From Paraspadella gotoi (taxonomy: Eukaryota; Animalia; Chaetognatha): DNA of 64,000 bases. Every line of letters begins with the position of its first letter. The first letter of the stretch is position 1. The position numbers were made by a program, and so were the translations under genes. Below, one piece after another: positions 35,520 to 49,000 of this stretch. The stretch is taken from the NCBI GenBank assembly GCA_051294375.1, contig CM119267.1, forward strand, positions 6,065,992 through 6,129,991. The letters are read 5' to 3'. A model generated the notes under the pieces. The model did not search any database. It saw only the letters and a program-made list of their open reading frames with translations, and was not told the origin of the DNA.

Positions 35520-36412
35520 ATGGCCGAAACCGATACTTTCGAAAATGGCGTTGGGGAGGAAGATTACGAGGCTTTGAGGGTAAGTAGTTGTCACATGTGA
35601 TCCCTTGTTTTTAGTAATCTTGACCGGAGATCCACCAAAAAAAAAAAAAAAAAAAATAACTTCATGCAAACTATTTAACTAAGAATTAACGGTATCTCTC
35701 TTACCCCGATCCCCACACCAAAAAAAAAAGAAACCTGAAAAAAAAAATTTTCCCCACATAAACGTGAAAACGAAAACAGGAAGAAGAGCGTGCGTTGCGT
35801 AGCGGAAGCGGAGAGGAAGCCGCCGCAGTGGAGGATCCCGAGCTTGAAGCCATCAAGGCCCGCGTCCGCGAGATGGAGGAAGAGGCCGAACGCTTGCGAC
35901 AGATGCAGTCCGAGGTCGAGAAGCAGATGAACCTGGCCGGAAGCCCGACCAGCCCGACTCCAGCCCCAGGCGCCCCGGCCTTTCCCACCATCGAGGAGAA
36001 AATGGAGGCCGACAATCGCAGCATCTACGTCGGAAACGTGGACTACAGTTCCACCGCCGAAGAGCTCGAGGCTCACTTTCACGGTTGCGGCTCCGTCGAG
36101 CGCGTGACCATCCTGTGCGACAAGTTCACCGGACACCCTAAGGGCTTCGCTTACGTCGAATTCGCCGACTCCGACAGCGTCACCACCGCCCAAGCTCTCG
36201 ACGAGAGCCTCTTCAAGGGTCGCCAGATCAAAGTCCTTCCGAAGAGGACCAACCGGCCCGGCGTTTCCAGTACCAACAGGCCGCCGAGGGGCCGCGGAAG
36301 GGGCAGGGGTCGCGCCTCTTTCGGCGTAACTCGCGGATACTTTCCACGCGGAGCCAGAGTTTATCGCGGCGGGTACAGGGGTCGAAGAGCTTCGTTTTAC
36401 AGTCCTTACTGA
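35520..36412 (+). CDS. PABPN1: Nuclear polyadenylate-binding protein, intron ~35580-35779
   Basis: [19 protein letters not shown], an RRM ([10 protein letters not shown]...KGFAYVEF), KRTNRPG and an Arg-rich tail ending YSPY. Confidence 0.97.
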
Positions 36413-37234
36413 GTCGGCCACAAAAGGAATGCGCGATCGCCGTTCCATTGGTTTGCTCTTTTGCTTTAGTGTTCAGAAAGTGAATTTCTAGATTTCGAAT
36501 TGCAGAATAAAAGTTGGCTAAGGGAAAATTATATGTCTCATTCCCGATGAAAATATGGAAATGGCTCTTACTTTGTGTAAACGGTTTCTTTTTGTCTTGG
36601 ATAATAGCATTCATTTTTCAAATGTAATGAAAATTTTCAAATTACTTGTTTCAGTAATGTTTAATGGTCATTATGAATTTTAAATAAAATGTTTATTTGG
36701 TCACTTTTTTCCCTTATCTCATTAATCAATCCTCCTTTCATCATTTTTGTTATCATGAAGACTAAAATAGTAATTTTCTCCACTCCCCTCTTTTATTCTG
36801 CTTCAATCCATCAATATTTCTACCGCTCAAAAGCTTCGAGCCAGTGACTTTTTTAAAAATTTTGGTTAGTCTTTTTACTTTTTCCTCATTAAAAATTTGT
36901 AAATATTTAAGTACCAAGAAATATTGATTAAAATTTTTTGACTTCAAGAAGTTTTTGATCGCTGTATAAAAGTTTACTTACTTTACCACTTACGAGTTAA
37001 AACTTTGAAGTTGTTTACTTGCGTTCTTCCTTTATATTTCGACTGCTGTTGTTCGATTTAAATTTGTTTTCTGAAGAGTGTTTCTTTCATCTTTTTCGCC
37101 AAATCATAACGCGAGACGATGTCATAAATTCTAGTGTAATCAGTCGCTTTCCCCGATGGAAACTTAAATATTTTGTATCTCTCATCTTCAGAGAATAACA
37201 TTAGTGATTAAGGACAATTATAATATCTGGAAAA

Positions 37235-38575
37235 ATGTTGCGCCGTCCCGTAGTGGAAGCTTTGTTCCTTCGTAATTTGGGTCGTCGGGAGAGCCTGCGT
37301 CAAATTAATCCTGCTGTCATATCGACTGGATTCAAGATTCGCGTTATCCCTCCTCCAGCTAGTCTTTTTAACTTATCGCGAAGCTTCTCGACGGCGAAAG
37401 AACCCGCAGCCTCGGAACAAATCGTGGACTATTTCGTTCTTCCCCCACCTCCTTCAGTTTCTTCCAACCCGTCGGTCGAGCCTTTGTCCGCCTCAGAGTC
37501 GCTGACCGACATCGGGCTCGGTGGCTACTGGCCTCCCGGTCTTGTTCAGCACGGATATGATTTTCTCCACTCGCTCGGCCTTCCCTGGTGGGGATGCATC
37601 GTCGTTGGCGCCGTCGCCGTTCGGACAATGATGGTGCCCCTCTTCGCCGCCGTACAGAAAAACTCGGTGAATATGTTTAATCACGCCCCAGAAATACAGC
37701 AGTTTCAAGTCAAGCTTTTAGCCGCTCATAGTAGAGGGGACCGGGTTGGAGCCTTGAAGTTGTTGGCGGAACAAAAGCAGTTCATGAAGGACCACGACAT
37801 CAGTCATTTGGGACAAATTCGACTCATGTTGGTCCAAATGTCCGTCTTCGTCTCCATGTTTTTCGGACTAAAAGAAATGGCGCAATTGCCGATAGAGAGC
37901 CTCAAAACTGGAGGCCTTTTTCATGTGGTAGACTTGACGACCCGGGATCCTTTATTTATTTTACCTGTCGTCACCTGCGCCACCATGTACTTTATCATCA
38001 CGAAAGGCGCCGAGGGTGCGAACTTAGAACTCATGCCTCGACCCCTTCAATACTTATTTAAACTCATGCCATTCGCCATTTTCTTTCCTGCGGCATATTT
38101 TCCTTCGGCGCTCGCTCTTTACTGGATGACGTCCAATATTTTCTCTCTCTTTCAATTTTACTTCTTTAAAAGCGACTTTGCGAAAAACTTTTTCGGCTTA
38201 CCGGACCGAAGAGAGATTTCTCCGGAGAATCTTCCACACTTCTCTCAGCATGGGTTCGCGGAGAGTTTCGCCACTGCGACGGCAGCAGCGCAGGAGGGGG
38301 CAACCACGGCGGCAAAAATCAACTCCATGAAGCTGCCCGACGACAAGCGGGACTGGCAAGAGACAGTTCTCGGACGGGAGCGGACTGCGAAAGAGCAGAG
38401 TTTGAGTGCCGAAGAATTAGCTGCGCGGCATGGTGACATTAGGAAGATTGTTAAAGAAATGCGGGAAATGAAAGAAAAGATTAACTCATTGGAGGCAAAA
38501 TCGAAAGTGGAATCGAAAAATTTGAAAACTCTCGATGAAATTCATATTCGAATTCCGAAAGATAAGTCGGTATAG
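37235..38575 (+). CDS. OXA1L: Mitochondrial inner membrane insertase, intronless
   Basis: GLGGYWPPGLVQ...GLPWWGCI, GGLFHVVDLTTRDP and ALYWMTSN. Confidence 0.92.
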   Translation: MLRRPVVEALFLRNLGRRESLRQINPAVISTGFKIRVIPPPASLFNLSRSFSTAKEPAASEQIVDYFVLPPPPSVSSNPSVEPLSASESLTDIGLGGYWPPGLVQHGYDFLHSLGLPWWGCIVVGAVAVRTMMVPLFAAVQKNSVNMFNHAPEIQQFQVKLLAAHSRGDRVGALKLLAEQKQFMKDHDISHLGQIRLMLVQMSVFVSMFFGLKEMAQLPIESLKTGGLFHVVDLTTRDPLFILPVVTCATMYFIITKGAEGANLELMPRPLQYLFKLMPFAIFFPAAYFPSALALYWMTSNIFSLFQFYFFKSDFAKNFFGLPDRREISPENLPHFSQHGFAESFATATAAAQEGATTAAKINSMKLPDDKRDWQETVLGRERTAKEQSLSAEELAARHGDIRKIVKEMREMKEKINSLEAKSKVESKNLKTLDEIHIRIPKDKSV

Positions 38576-38953
38576 TAGCGTGATTTTTTTGGGTTTTTTT
38601 TGTGGCTTTTTTGACTTTTCGTAGATCTATTTATAACGCTGTGGTGGAATGAGTGAATGAATTTTATTCCGTATGTACTATGATAAGAACGGCATATAGA
38701 GCCTCCAAAAACAGGTTGAAACCTTATATTCTAAGTCTAACAATAATTTCTCGAAAAGAGAATAAAACGATGAAGAAAGATAAATTAACAACCTTTCGAT
38801 CCGTAACTGGATGGCAAGTGATACAACCTTATACGCGAAGATTGTTGGTCTTTGACTGTCATAAAATGTTTGTTCTGCGTTTTCTTATTGACTCTACAGC
38901 CTACAATAGCCTAAAAACAATGCTTTGAATAAAGACGAAACAAGAAAAAAAAA

Positions 38954-41900
38954 GATGTCTAAGCGCACGCGAAGCCTTGATACGGATTCGCAGACGGGGG
39001 ATTCCGAAAAGAAACGGCGAGACGGCGATAGCGCGGTCGAAGAACGGGAGGTTCGTATCGTCACCTCGAGCAAGAAGAGTTGGCGAAACGACGGCGGTGG
39101 CGACGGGGCCGTTGCCGAAGACGGACGAAGCAAGCATCACCGCGACACCTCTCGCGGCGGTGACGGCAAGGATCGAAAATCCAAAGACGAGGCTCGGGAC
39201 AAGGAACGCGACAAACGGGACAAAGATCGTGATGGAAGGGACAAGGTTCGGGATAAAAAGGAAAGAGATCGCGGCAAAGATCGGGACAAGGAAAAGGACA
39301 ATAGACGCGACAACGACCGCGATCGGGCTCGGGAATCCGGGAGACGTAACGAGGGACGAGACAGAAGCCGCGACCGCAAAAGGGACGACAGCGGTCGTGC
39401 CCGAAACAGGGACAAAGACCGCGACAACAACGATCGTGATCGGAACGAATCGGAAGCGAATGACGGGCGCCGTAAGGGCGCGAACGAAGCGGGAAAATCA
39501 GCTCGGCGAGCCAGCGACGGCGATTCCAGCAAAGGCAAACGCGAAGATGCAAAGGCGAGAAGAAAGACAATCGGTGGATGGGCCGAGGCGTCTATGGACA
39601 TGGCTGCCGAGGCTCAGCAAGAGTTTACGGAAAAGGACGCCTACCGAGAACAGATGGAGAGCTTGAAACGCGAGAAGGGCAAACCCAAAACAAATCCCTT
39701 CGGTGCCCGACCCCGTCGGGATTCCGAGGACAGTTTCAACCGCGAGAGCGACGAGGATTGGAACCGGGACGATGGTTGGAACGATCGCGGCGATTGGCGC
39801 GAATTCGACGGGCGACGCTTTCGACGGGGTGGCAGGGGTCGCGGCGGAGGGTTTCGCGGGCGTGGCCGAGGCGGAGGCGGCGCCGGCGGGGGTCTGGCCT
39901 CGCGGGTTGAGTCCGAAGAACTAGAGCGCGCGAAAGAGGTGTACGAAGACGCCGCCCACGAGTGGGACCGCCACGTGGCTGAAACCAACGATTACGACGA
40001 GACTCACCCCGTCTACGTCACCATGATGACGGCGCACAAGGAAATGATGAGGATCAAGCAATCTTTACAGGACGAGAAATTCTTCGGGAGAGGCAGAGGC
40101 TTTCGAGGATTTCGCGGAGACCGAGGTCGAGGATGGGGAAGAGGGAGGGGAGATTGGCGTGGAGATTGGCGAGGAGGCAGGGCTAGGGGCTGGGGAAGAG
40201 GGAGAGGAGACAGGGGCGGGTTTCGCCGTTTCGACAATCGCGGAGGGCGACACTTTTCCGGACAAGACGACGCTTCGAGATCTTCCAGCCGGTCAGAAGA
40301 GGACGGAGCTGGCGAAAAGGGAGAGAACGATGCCGGGATGAGAAACCAGAAGCAAGGAGGGAAGAGTAAGCCCGTCAAGGTCGGCATAGGTCGCAACGTA
40401 TTCGACGATGAGGATGTCCAGGAAGAAAATCAAAACAAGAAGGGAAAATGGAAAATGTGTCAATTCTTTTTGGAAGGTTATTGCAAATTCGGTGATAACT
40501 GCAACTTTCTTCATCACCCGGAAGAGTCCGACACCAAGAATGATAATAAGAGAAGAAAGGAAGATGAGGTGGAACCAGAGTTCCATCCTCCGGCGGATTA
40601 TACGCCAACAGAAAAACCCCCTGCGCCGAGCGTCCCCGCGTCCAACAAGCTTTCTTTCGTTCCTTCGATCGATTACTACATCCCTCAGATCAATGCCGAC
40701 GAAAATTCCGCTCCCTTCATAAATTCCGATGAGCAATGGAAAAAACTGAAAGAGACTGTAAGGCGTCAGACCTATTATCTTTTGAGGGAAGTTTACTCGG
40801 AAAGCGTCAAGACGATCATTGCCGTTGAATCGGAACAGTGCGAATACAGCCTGAAAGAAAACAAAGTCTATTTCGTCGGTTTTCAATCAAGTCACCATCG
40901 AATTCCCGGAGTAATAGAATACACGACCGAGGTGGAACGATTAAGCAAAATCAAAGGTCTCATCAACGACGATTGCGGGATTCCGATCGATTCTATCGAA
41001 GAGCTCTTCTGCGAATCGTTAAATTTAGACAAACGAGATCATAAAGAGGAGAAAAAGGAGGACGAGGCAACGGATGAGCAGAAAGACAATAAGCCCGACG
41101 AGACGTGGTCGCATTACGAACTAAAGCTGGAGTCGGACGCTAATTACCTCGAGGCTCTCAAACATGATCATGTTGTTCCTATGATAACCCACGACTTATG
41201 TAGCATGATCGTACATTGGCCGGAGGCCCATTTTAAATACGTTGACAAGCAAGTGGAAAAATCCTGGATTGATGGCTTGAAAAAGAATTTTACGCAAATG
41301 GGAAGTATTGGTTGCTTCGTGCAAAAAAGAGATCACCGCGCTAAACGGGACGCCATCGTGCATGCAGAGTACTTACCTGAACCAGTTTGTCTTTTCGTTA
41401 CCTTTGTTTTTCCTGAAATAATAGACTTCTTGTGCGATATGAAAATGGAATATGGACATCTCCCTTTCACATGTCAGCGTATAAGGGCGACGCAGGAAAG
41501 TTTAAACGAAGTTTTAGAACGGGGTCTGCCTATGCTCGTTTCCCCACTCTATCTACCGAAGAAAAGAATTTTAAAATCATTTGACTACAAGAATGTGAAA
41601 GGTCCGGGTAACCTAGCGCGTGAACATCTCGGATTGAAGGTGGACGCAAAAGAACTTGATGATCAGTCTTCTTTGATATTTGTTCCCCCTGTTGCAAAAC
41701 CTCCCGTCGTAAAAGAAGAATTTCCGAAACAAATTCAAGAAGTTATGGTTTGCAGTCAGCAAGCTCACGACGAATGGGTAAAAGCTGGTAAACCTCCAAC
41801 TCCTCATCCTACATTTTTAAGCAAGGCTGAAATAGGTAAGATTTTAAAGAGCATGATCGATCAGTATTTACAGTTTAAAGCGAAGCAAAGTGACCTAGGC

Positions 41901-43502
41901 CCCGACGGAAAAAAGAAAAGAAAATCCAGATGGGAATCGAATGAAGTCAGCTTTGTTCCTAATAATTCTGTAACGGAAACGACGAACTTTCCCAATGACG
42001 GACCGGTGTCGGCCAATCCCATGGGGCATCGTGTTGCAAAACCGCAGGCTTTTGTCACAAAAGCTCCCGTGACAGCAAGTGCGCAAATGTCATCGGATCA
42101 GTTTGACGTAGATGAACAAGACATTTCTTATTTAGAAGCAACTTATGTCGATGATAAGCCCCTTTTTTTCGAAGATGTCATGGATTATTTTTCCAATTTT
42201 GGCGAAATTAAATGGTGTACTCATTCATCTACCAATGCTCTCGGCGTCGCATTCACTTTTTCAGACACTAATCTTTCAAAGACTGTTCTTCGATACGAGC
42301 ATCGAATTCACGATACATCTATAAGTCTTAGAGCCATGGATAAAAACTGGGAAGAAATCTTTCCTATCAACTCTAGTATGGTTTCAAACGAAAATTTTGA
42401 AGAACATGCGTTTCAAGAAGTTGGAGATTCAAGGCAGAGTTACGAAAGTATTCTTCCACCTAAAGAAACTCTTCAATCGCCATCAATGTCAGCTCTCCCG
42501 AATAACATTGACAGTTATAATATGCCTTCAATCGAGTCTTTGCGCAAAATAATATCCGACGTAGAAAGAGTAAACCAAAATTTAAAAATTGATGTTAAGC
42601 CGAGTAAAAAAAGTGAGTTTCCACAATCATATAATGATTTTTCAATGTCAGAAACTGAATCAGCGGCATTACCTCAAGAGAAAGAAGCTGGGGAATGGGA
42701 GGCTCAAGAAGAAGTTAATGAAGACTTTTTTGACATGGAGTTGATGAGTAAAATACGTCAACATTGGCATCATGCTGGAAAGACGGCAACAATAGACGCG
42801 AGTACAAGCAATAATTACCGTGAAAACGTTAATGAAACTCGAAGTTATGAAGACAGACGAAGAGTTGCTGACCATACGAGTGCATTTTTTGAGAAACCTT
42901 CGGAGGCTTCTTCGGATGATCCTGATGATAATGAAGATGATAAAGAATTTGAAAAGTATTTATCAGCCAGTAAAGACTTGGACGAAGATGATGATTTTGA
43001 AGACGAAGAGCAGGATGCTGCATTTGCTGCATATTTAAAGAATTTCCAATCTAATTCAAGGGATACCAAGGATAGTTTAGATGAAAGAAAGCCAAATGAT
43101 TCGTATCATCAAAAACAAAATTTGGAAACCCGATCTTTTTATTCTGAAAGCAATTATCGAGCTGATCATTCAAGTAATTCCAAAGATGAAACCGCTCAAA
43201 CTTATCAAACTCATCAACACCATGATCTGAAAAGGCGTCGATTTAGTGGAAATTACGACGATTTTGGAAGTTATAGTATTTCGGAATCTAATCGTTATTC
43301 TGGGCAGGCATCTAATCGTTATCACAGGCATCAGAACAATCCGGATGATTCTTGGCATAGAGAGGAGACTTCTCCTACAAATGCTCGACATTTTAATGAA
43401 GACGCTCAAAGACACATAAACCAAGATCGAGCAATGTATAGAAGGGAAAAAAATAGAGAAAGTTTTGAAGAAGTGCCAAATAATGAGTATCACAGGTTTT
43501 AA
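38954..43502 (+). CDS. Large unrecognised RNA-binding protein (RD-rich, RGG, CCCH zinc finger, degenerate RRM-like domains, ULM), intronless
   Basis: 4.5-kb open frame with CQFFLEGYCKFGDNCNFLH, RGG tracts and KKKRKSRW. Confidence 0.8.
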
Positions 43503-44070
43503 ATATTTCTTTACAAATATACATGACTAATATGCATGTAAATACTGTAAGTTGCCCTTATCATATTTTCATCCGCAAAGGATGTTCCATTTTATGTTTT
43601 GAAATCATCGCTATGCCATGTTATGAAATTTGTTAAACTGTTCAAGAATATTTTTGTTTTGCACACATTTTTCTTAGTTTCGCTTACAATTATAAGAGCA
43701 AGCTAGGTTTAAAAATTATTGAAAAATTGTTTTCTTCTCTCTCTAGATTTTATCAAAAAACCTCCTTGGACGATGAGAATGAACTGATAAAAACAAAGCA
43801 AAATCATCCAAGGCTTATGAGAAAAATTATCACTTCGACAACAGTATTTTTAATTTTTTTTTTAAATATATATTTTTAATCGTTTTAAATTCTGAATTTG
43901 TTAAAGTTGTTACATCCCAAACTTCCCTGTTTTTGGCGCTGTATATCATTTTTTTTTTTTTTTTTGATTAACTTTTTTACGCTTACTGTGCTCTATTGAA
44001 TAATTTGTATCAGTGAATGAGTAATGTTTAAAACTAATCAATTTATATGCTAGTTCGATAGTGTCACAAA

Positions 44071-45765
44071 ATGAATTTTTCGGAAATGAAGTCTAAATCT
44101 AACTCATTTAATTACAATTTTAAAACAAAAATTTGCAGACGATGGTCTAAAAATAAATTCTGCCCGAACGGTGATAAATGTAGTTTTGCTCATGGACCAT
44201 CCGAAATGAATAATCTGTATAAAACTCGAATTTGCCAATTTTGGAAGAAAGGTGGTATTGGTGGGTGTCCAAATTTGAATTGCACTTTTGCACATGGAGA
44301 AAAGGAACTGCGCCCTTTTTATAATGGTAATAATAAAAGAGAGCGGCCATTGCCCAAGAGGTGTAAAAAACAATTAATTGTCTTATCCAAGAACCATGAC
44401 GGGTTTGCTGAAAGACGTGCAGATGTAGTGGGAGTGGAGGAAAAATCATTTGACTCTGGTTTTTCGAACGGAAGTAAGAGAGATGAATTGAAAAATGAAC
44501 TTGACCAATCAACGTCCTCTGATTCGGGGAATATATATTACGGTTGCAATGACGGGATGGAAAACGTTTCCTTCGCTCCTGAATATTCATCTACTTTGAT
44601 TACAGTTCAAAACTTGGGGACGTTTCCCATCCCTAATGTTCGTGATGTACAGTGTATTAACACAGTCTCAAGTACCGCGTGCCATAATTTTTTGAATTTA
44701 TCAGACCAAAGCGCGAAAAGGGAACATAGTCCAAGAACGTCCTTTTTATTGGAAACTAATTCGAAGTCCCGTTCAAATGTCAGCCTTTCAAGTGATACTA
44801 ATTCAGATTTGTCTTTTCATCGAATTAAGTCGCGATCAAGATCAAGGGCGAAAGAAAAATGTAGGCGTTACTTTTCACCTCCGAGGCGACTGAAACGCAA
44901 GAAATCTCGCTCGCGATCCCGATCTCCTAAAACTCGCGGCCACGGCTCTAAGAGTTCGTGCAAAACCCTCAAAGTTAAACAAAGGTCTAAATCACCGAAA
45001 AAAATATCGCCTCGATCCAATGATCGTTCGGTTTCGTCCGATTCTGAGGACTCTATGAGTCTTGTAACTCTCCGTGACGAGGACAGAATTGAACTCGAAA
45101 AAGCTCATTCGATTGTGGACTTTTCTAAGAACATCTTGGACAAGGAGCTTAAGAAAAAACCCGGAATGAGTACCGTGGATAATCCTTTTTATGCGGCTTA
45201 TTTTGAAGCTTGTGAAGGATTGCAGAAAGTCAAAACAGATATTCGTAAAAAGCAAAACTTACAAAAGGCCCGAATAGAGAAATATGTAAAACAAAAAGGT
45301 ACTGAAAGTTTTGCGAGAGAAAGAAAAGATATCATGAGCAAGTTTAAGCACGAAAACGAGGATGTCAATAACTTTTGTTTTAAAAATTCTAGTTCTATTG
45401 AGCATCCCCTTGTTTATTTGGAAGTTTCCACTATGGACGAATCTCCGCTTAATATCGACCAAGTTGAAAGCTACTTTAGCAGTTTTGGTCTTTTGAAATA
45501 TTGTATCCAGGCTGGAAACGATTCCACAGTAATATTTTCATTTGAAGATGGTTCTCTGTTAAAGACTGCCTTGGAATTCGGACATCGTGTTGAAGGAAAA
45601 GCTGTTAGGCTTCAAGGTATGATTGATGGCGGTATTCCAGTCGGAACACCTTCAATTACGATTGACTCTGGACCGACTTCGTCCTACATGTCTGATGCCC
45701 CAACATGTCCTGAGGAATTTGCGCTATATATTGAGAAATTAGCAAGTTCTGTTAAAAATTGGTGA
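44071..45765 (+). CDS. Tandem CCCH zinc-finger / RS-rich / RRM-like protein, partial paralog of the upstream gene
   Basis: Two TTP-like fingers (FKTKICRRW..CPNGDKCSFAH and YKTRICQFW..C..CTFAH), an RS tract and a C-terminal RRM-like domain. Confidence 0.82.
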   Translation: MNFSEMKSKSNSFNYNFKTKICRRWSKNKFCPNGDKCSFAHGPSEMNNLYKTRICQFWKKGGIGGCPNLNCTFAHGEKELRPFYNGNNKRERPLPKRCKKQLIVLSKNHDGFAERRADVVGVEEKSFDSGFSNGSKRDELKNELDQSTSSDSGNIYYGCNDGMENVSFAPEYSSTLITVQNLGTFPIPNVRDVQCINTVSSTACHNFLNLSDQSAKREHSPRTSFLLETNSKSRSNVSLSSDTNSDLSFHRIKSRSRSRAKEKCRRYFSPPRRLKRKKSRSRSRSPKTRGHGSKSSCKTLKVKQRSKSPKKISPRSNDRSVSSDSEDSMSLVTLRDEDRIELEKAHSIVDFSKNILDKELKKKPGMSTVDNPFYAAYFEACEGLQKVKTDIRKKQNLQKARIEKYVKQKGTESFARERKDIMSKFKHENEDVNNFCFKNSSSIEHPLVYLEVSTMDESPLNIDQVESYFSSFGLLKYCIQAGNDSTVIFSFEDGSLLKTALEFGHRVEGKAVRLQGMIDGGIPVGTPSITIDSGPTSSYMSDAPTCPEEFALYIEKLASSVKNW

Positions 45766-46079
45766 CACTTTTTCGTCCGAAAATATTTTTAACGCTACAA
45801 TTTACACAGTATGCATGTTTAGTTTTCTTGGATGTTGTTTGTTATGTTTGTAAGATTATTCAAGTTGATACTATTAATTTGATAGGAAAAATGCAATGAG
45901 CATTCGCTCTTGAGTCTTGAAAAAATACTATTAAATTGGACGATTCAAGATGAATAAATTCTTTATAATTCTTTTGGATTTTTTTACGTTAATCAGCCCG
46001 TTCGATTTGATTTTACCCTCAGATTTTATAGTGAATTAACATGAACTTAAACTTTGGCATTTGATGATAGATAATTAAC

Positions 46080-49000
46080 ATGGATTCCGACAAGTCGACC
46101 TTGTTCGACGGGGCAAATTCGAACGAAGAAGACGGACCACAAGTGAAAAGGGTCGTTTTGGAGGAGGTCCCCGCCCACGTAAACCGAATAAACGTAGACG
46201 GCTTGGCAAGAACCAAGGACGACATCGTTACCAAAGTTTGTCAGAACGTCTTCAAAGCCGGCAACTTTGCAGGCAACAGTTTATTATAAATATTATTTGC
46301 GACAAATTACTATAATTTTAAATTGGCTCACGATTTTGGCCTCTTGATTTCGCAGCCGTCCTCCAAGAATGTCTCGTCGCCAAGGCTAAGATGGAGCAAG
46401 GCTTGGGCCTTTTTTCTGAAGTAGGCGTGGAGATAGACGTCAGCGAGGATCCCAACGACGCCAGCAGAGAGGGTCTCGATGTTACCATGAGAGTTAAAGA
46501 ACCACGGAGAGTCACCGGCGGTGTCCATACGCTCGTGGGACATAACGACGGGTCGCTTATGTTGTCCGTGAAGGTTAGTTAATTTTAAGCATCGATCGAA
46601 ATGATCCAACAAAGCATTTGTCTTAAAAGGTATGACCGTACGACCAAAAAAAGACTTGGATCTTTTTTAGACCCCGAACGTGTTTGGCCGGGGGGAGAAG
46701 TTAAGCTTAGAGTACACGCACGGAATGATGAAATCGAAGACGCACACGGTCTCATTCACGAAACCGATCGATGCGGATCCAGACAAGTGGTTCACCGCCG
46801 CTGCCTTTCACACGCACGACGACAAGCCGTGGTCCGGTTTCGGAGAATCCTCACGGGGATTTGGCTTCAGAGTCGCCTTGCCAGGTGAAAAAAATAAACT
46901 ATTTTTATCTCGCCAGCTTTTCAGGCTTGGGCGCATTTTTTTTTAGTTCTGATTATCAAATATTATCATAATCGCGTTAATAAATAATTATTATTGAATT
47001 GATAAATCATTATCATCGTGTAAATTAGTTATTATTATCATGTAAATAAATCATTATCATCCTACCAATAGATTAATTAAATATTTTACAATCGATTCTA
47101 AATGTTTTATATTTTTATCTCGCCAATTGGGCTTAATTAATTAATTGGGGTTATTTTGGTTTGCCTCTGCTTTTTTGTGACCGTTGTCATTCACGCTTTT
47201 TTATCGTCACAATCGCTTTGTGTTTGCAACGATCTTGTAACGCTTTTGCGTATAAGTGGCGTCGTTGTCGGAGTTCCAAATTATAGATCGCTTTTTTCAT
47301 GATTAAATTTGGGTGTATAAAGCTGAAAATTTATATTCAGCTTCTCATCATTGATGTCCTTAAAATTGGGTCAGGACAGTTAATAAATATGTTTTGTTTA
47401 CGTTTTATCATAACAAATATCCTCTATTTTATGTCTCTTTCACTCGCTCTTTTAATTATATGTAGCTATCTCTTTTTCTTTTCCCCAGTGCTAATTCATC
47501 GGAAAATAAAAAACAAGTCTGCAGCTGGCTCTGCAAGGGTTCTTTCTTTTTCTCTCTTTTCTTCTGCTGCTGCTTTTTGATTTTTTTTTTTCTGATTGCC
47601 TTTGTTGCTGCCGCTGCTGACTTGTCCGAAAACGATTTGGCTTCTCTCTCTCTCTCTGCGTTTTTATTTTTAAAAAATTAAGATTGAACTCGTAAAATTA
47701 AGCATCGCATTCATTCATGTTATCATTTTGCTATCGCAACATCGGGTTTTTATTTCGTTTTTTTTCTCTCTCTTTATGCAATTGCGACGATCCTTATGCT
47801 TTTAAGATTTTTACCATCTTAAATTTGTTCTCTTTTTTCCATCGTTTTTTTTTTATTTGTTTAAAAATGAGTTCAGCTCTGCAGAGGCTGTCCAGCTTCT
47901 TTCTATCTTTCTTTTTCACTCATATACGCATGTTTTATTTATGATGAATGATTCATTGTGTTAATGAATAATTATCATCGCATTAATCATTTGGTTATTA
48001 TATCAATTATTGCTTATTATCATATCAATTATTGGTTATCATCATATTATTGGTTATCATCGTATCAATATTTGGTTATCATCGCATAAATATTTGGTTA
48101 TTATGGCATTAATAATTGGTTATTATTGTATCAATAATAAGGTATTATCGTATTAATCAATTATTTTATATTAATCAATTATTATTATATTAATAAATTA
48201 TTATTATATCCATCAATTAATTATTATTATATCCATCAATCAATTACTATTATATCAATCAATAAATTATTATTATATCAATCAATCATTATTATATCAA
48301 TCATTATTATATCAATCAATTACTATTATATTAATCAATTAATCATTATTATATTAATTAATAAATTACTATTATATCAATCAATTATTATTTATATTAA
48401 TTATTAATATATCAATCAATTAAATACTATTATATCATTAAATATTATATCAATCAATCAAATATTATTATATCAATCAATCAAATACTATTATATCAAT
48501 CAATTATTATTATATCAATCATTATTACATTAATAATTTGTTATCGCATCATTCATTTTTTATTTTTTTTTAGATTTTTTAATTAATTTTCTTTGATAGT
48601 AACGTCTGGCGAGATCATTATACTTTTAAGATTTTTTAATTCGTATTTTTAGCTTACGGGGGACTCAACACATTTCATTGGGACATTCTTTGGCGAGAGT
48701 TGAAGGCGTTGAACAATGGGGTCGCTATGACGGTTCGACATGACATGGGCCACTCTCTCAAGTCATCATTAAAACATACATATACCTACGACACGAGGGA
48801 CACGCCTATCCTGCCTTCTGTCGGCTTCTTGGCCAAGATCGCCAACGAGCTTGCTGGAATCGGTGGCGATGTGAGGTGATTAACGTTGCTAGTTGTACCG
48901 CGGCTTTTTCTTTCTTTTCTTTTTTTTTCCGAGGAGGAATTATAGTTTTTACTATTGTTAAAACTGGATTGTAATATCGCGTAGGTTCGTCAAATCTGAG

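Noticed and set aside
35675-36448. Long antisense or alternate-frame ORFs (also 18694-19437, 38977-39666, 54193-54726)
   Set aside because: They are shadows of GC-rich conserved exons with no recognisable domains.
47960-48545. Repeat array as CRISPR
   Set aside because: Low-complexity AT minisatellite with no repeat-spacer structure and no cas genes; the context is eukaryotic.
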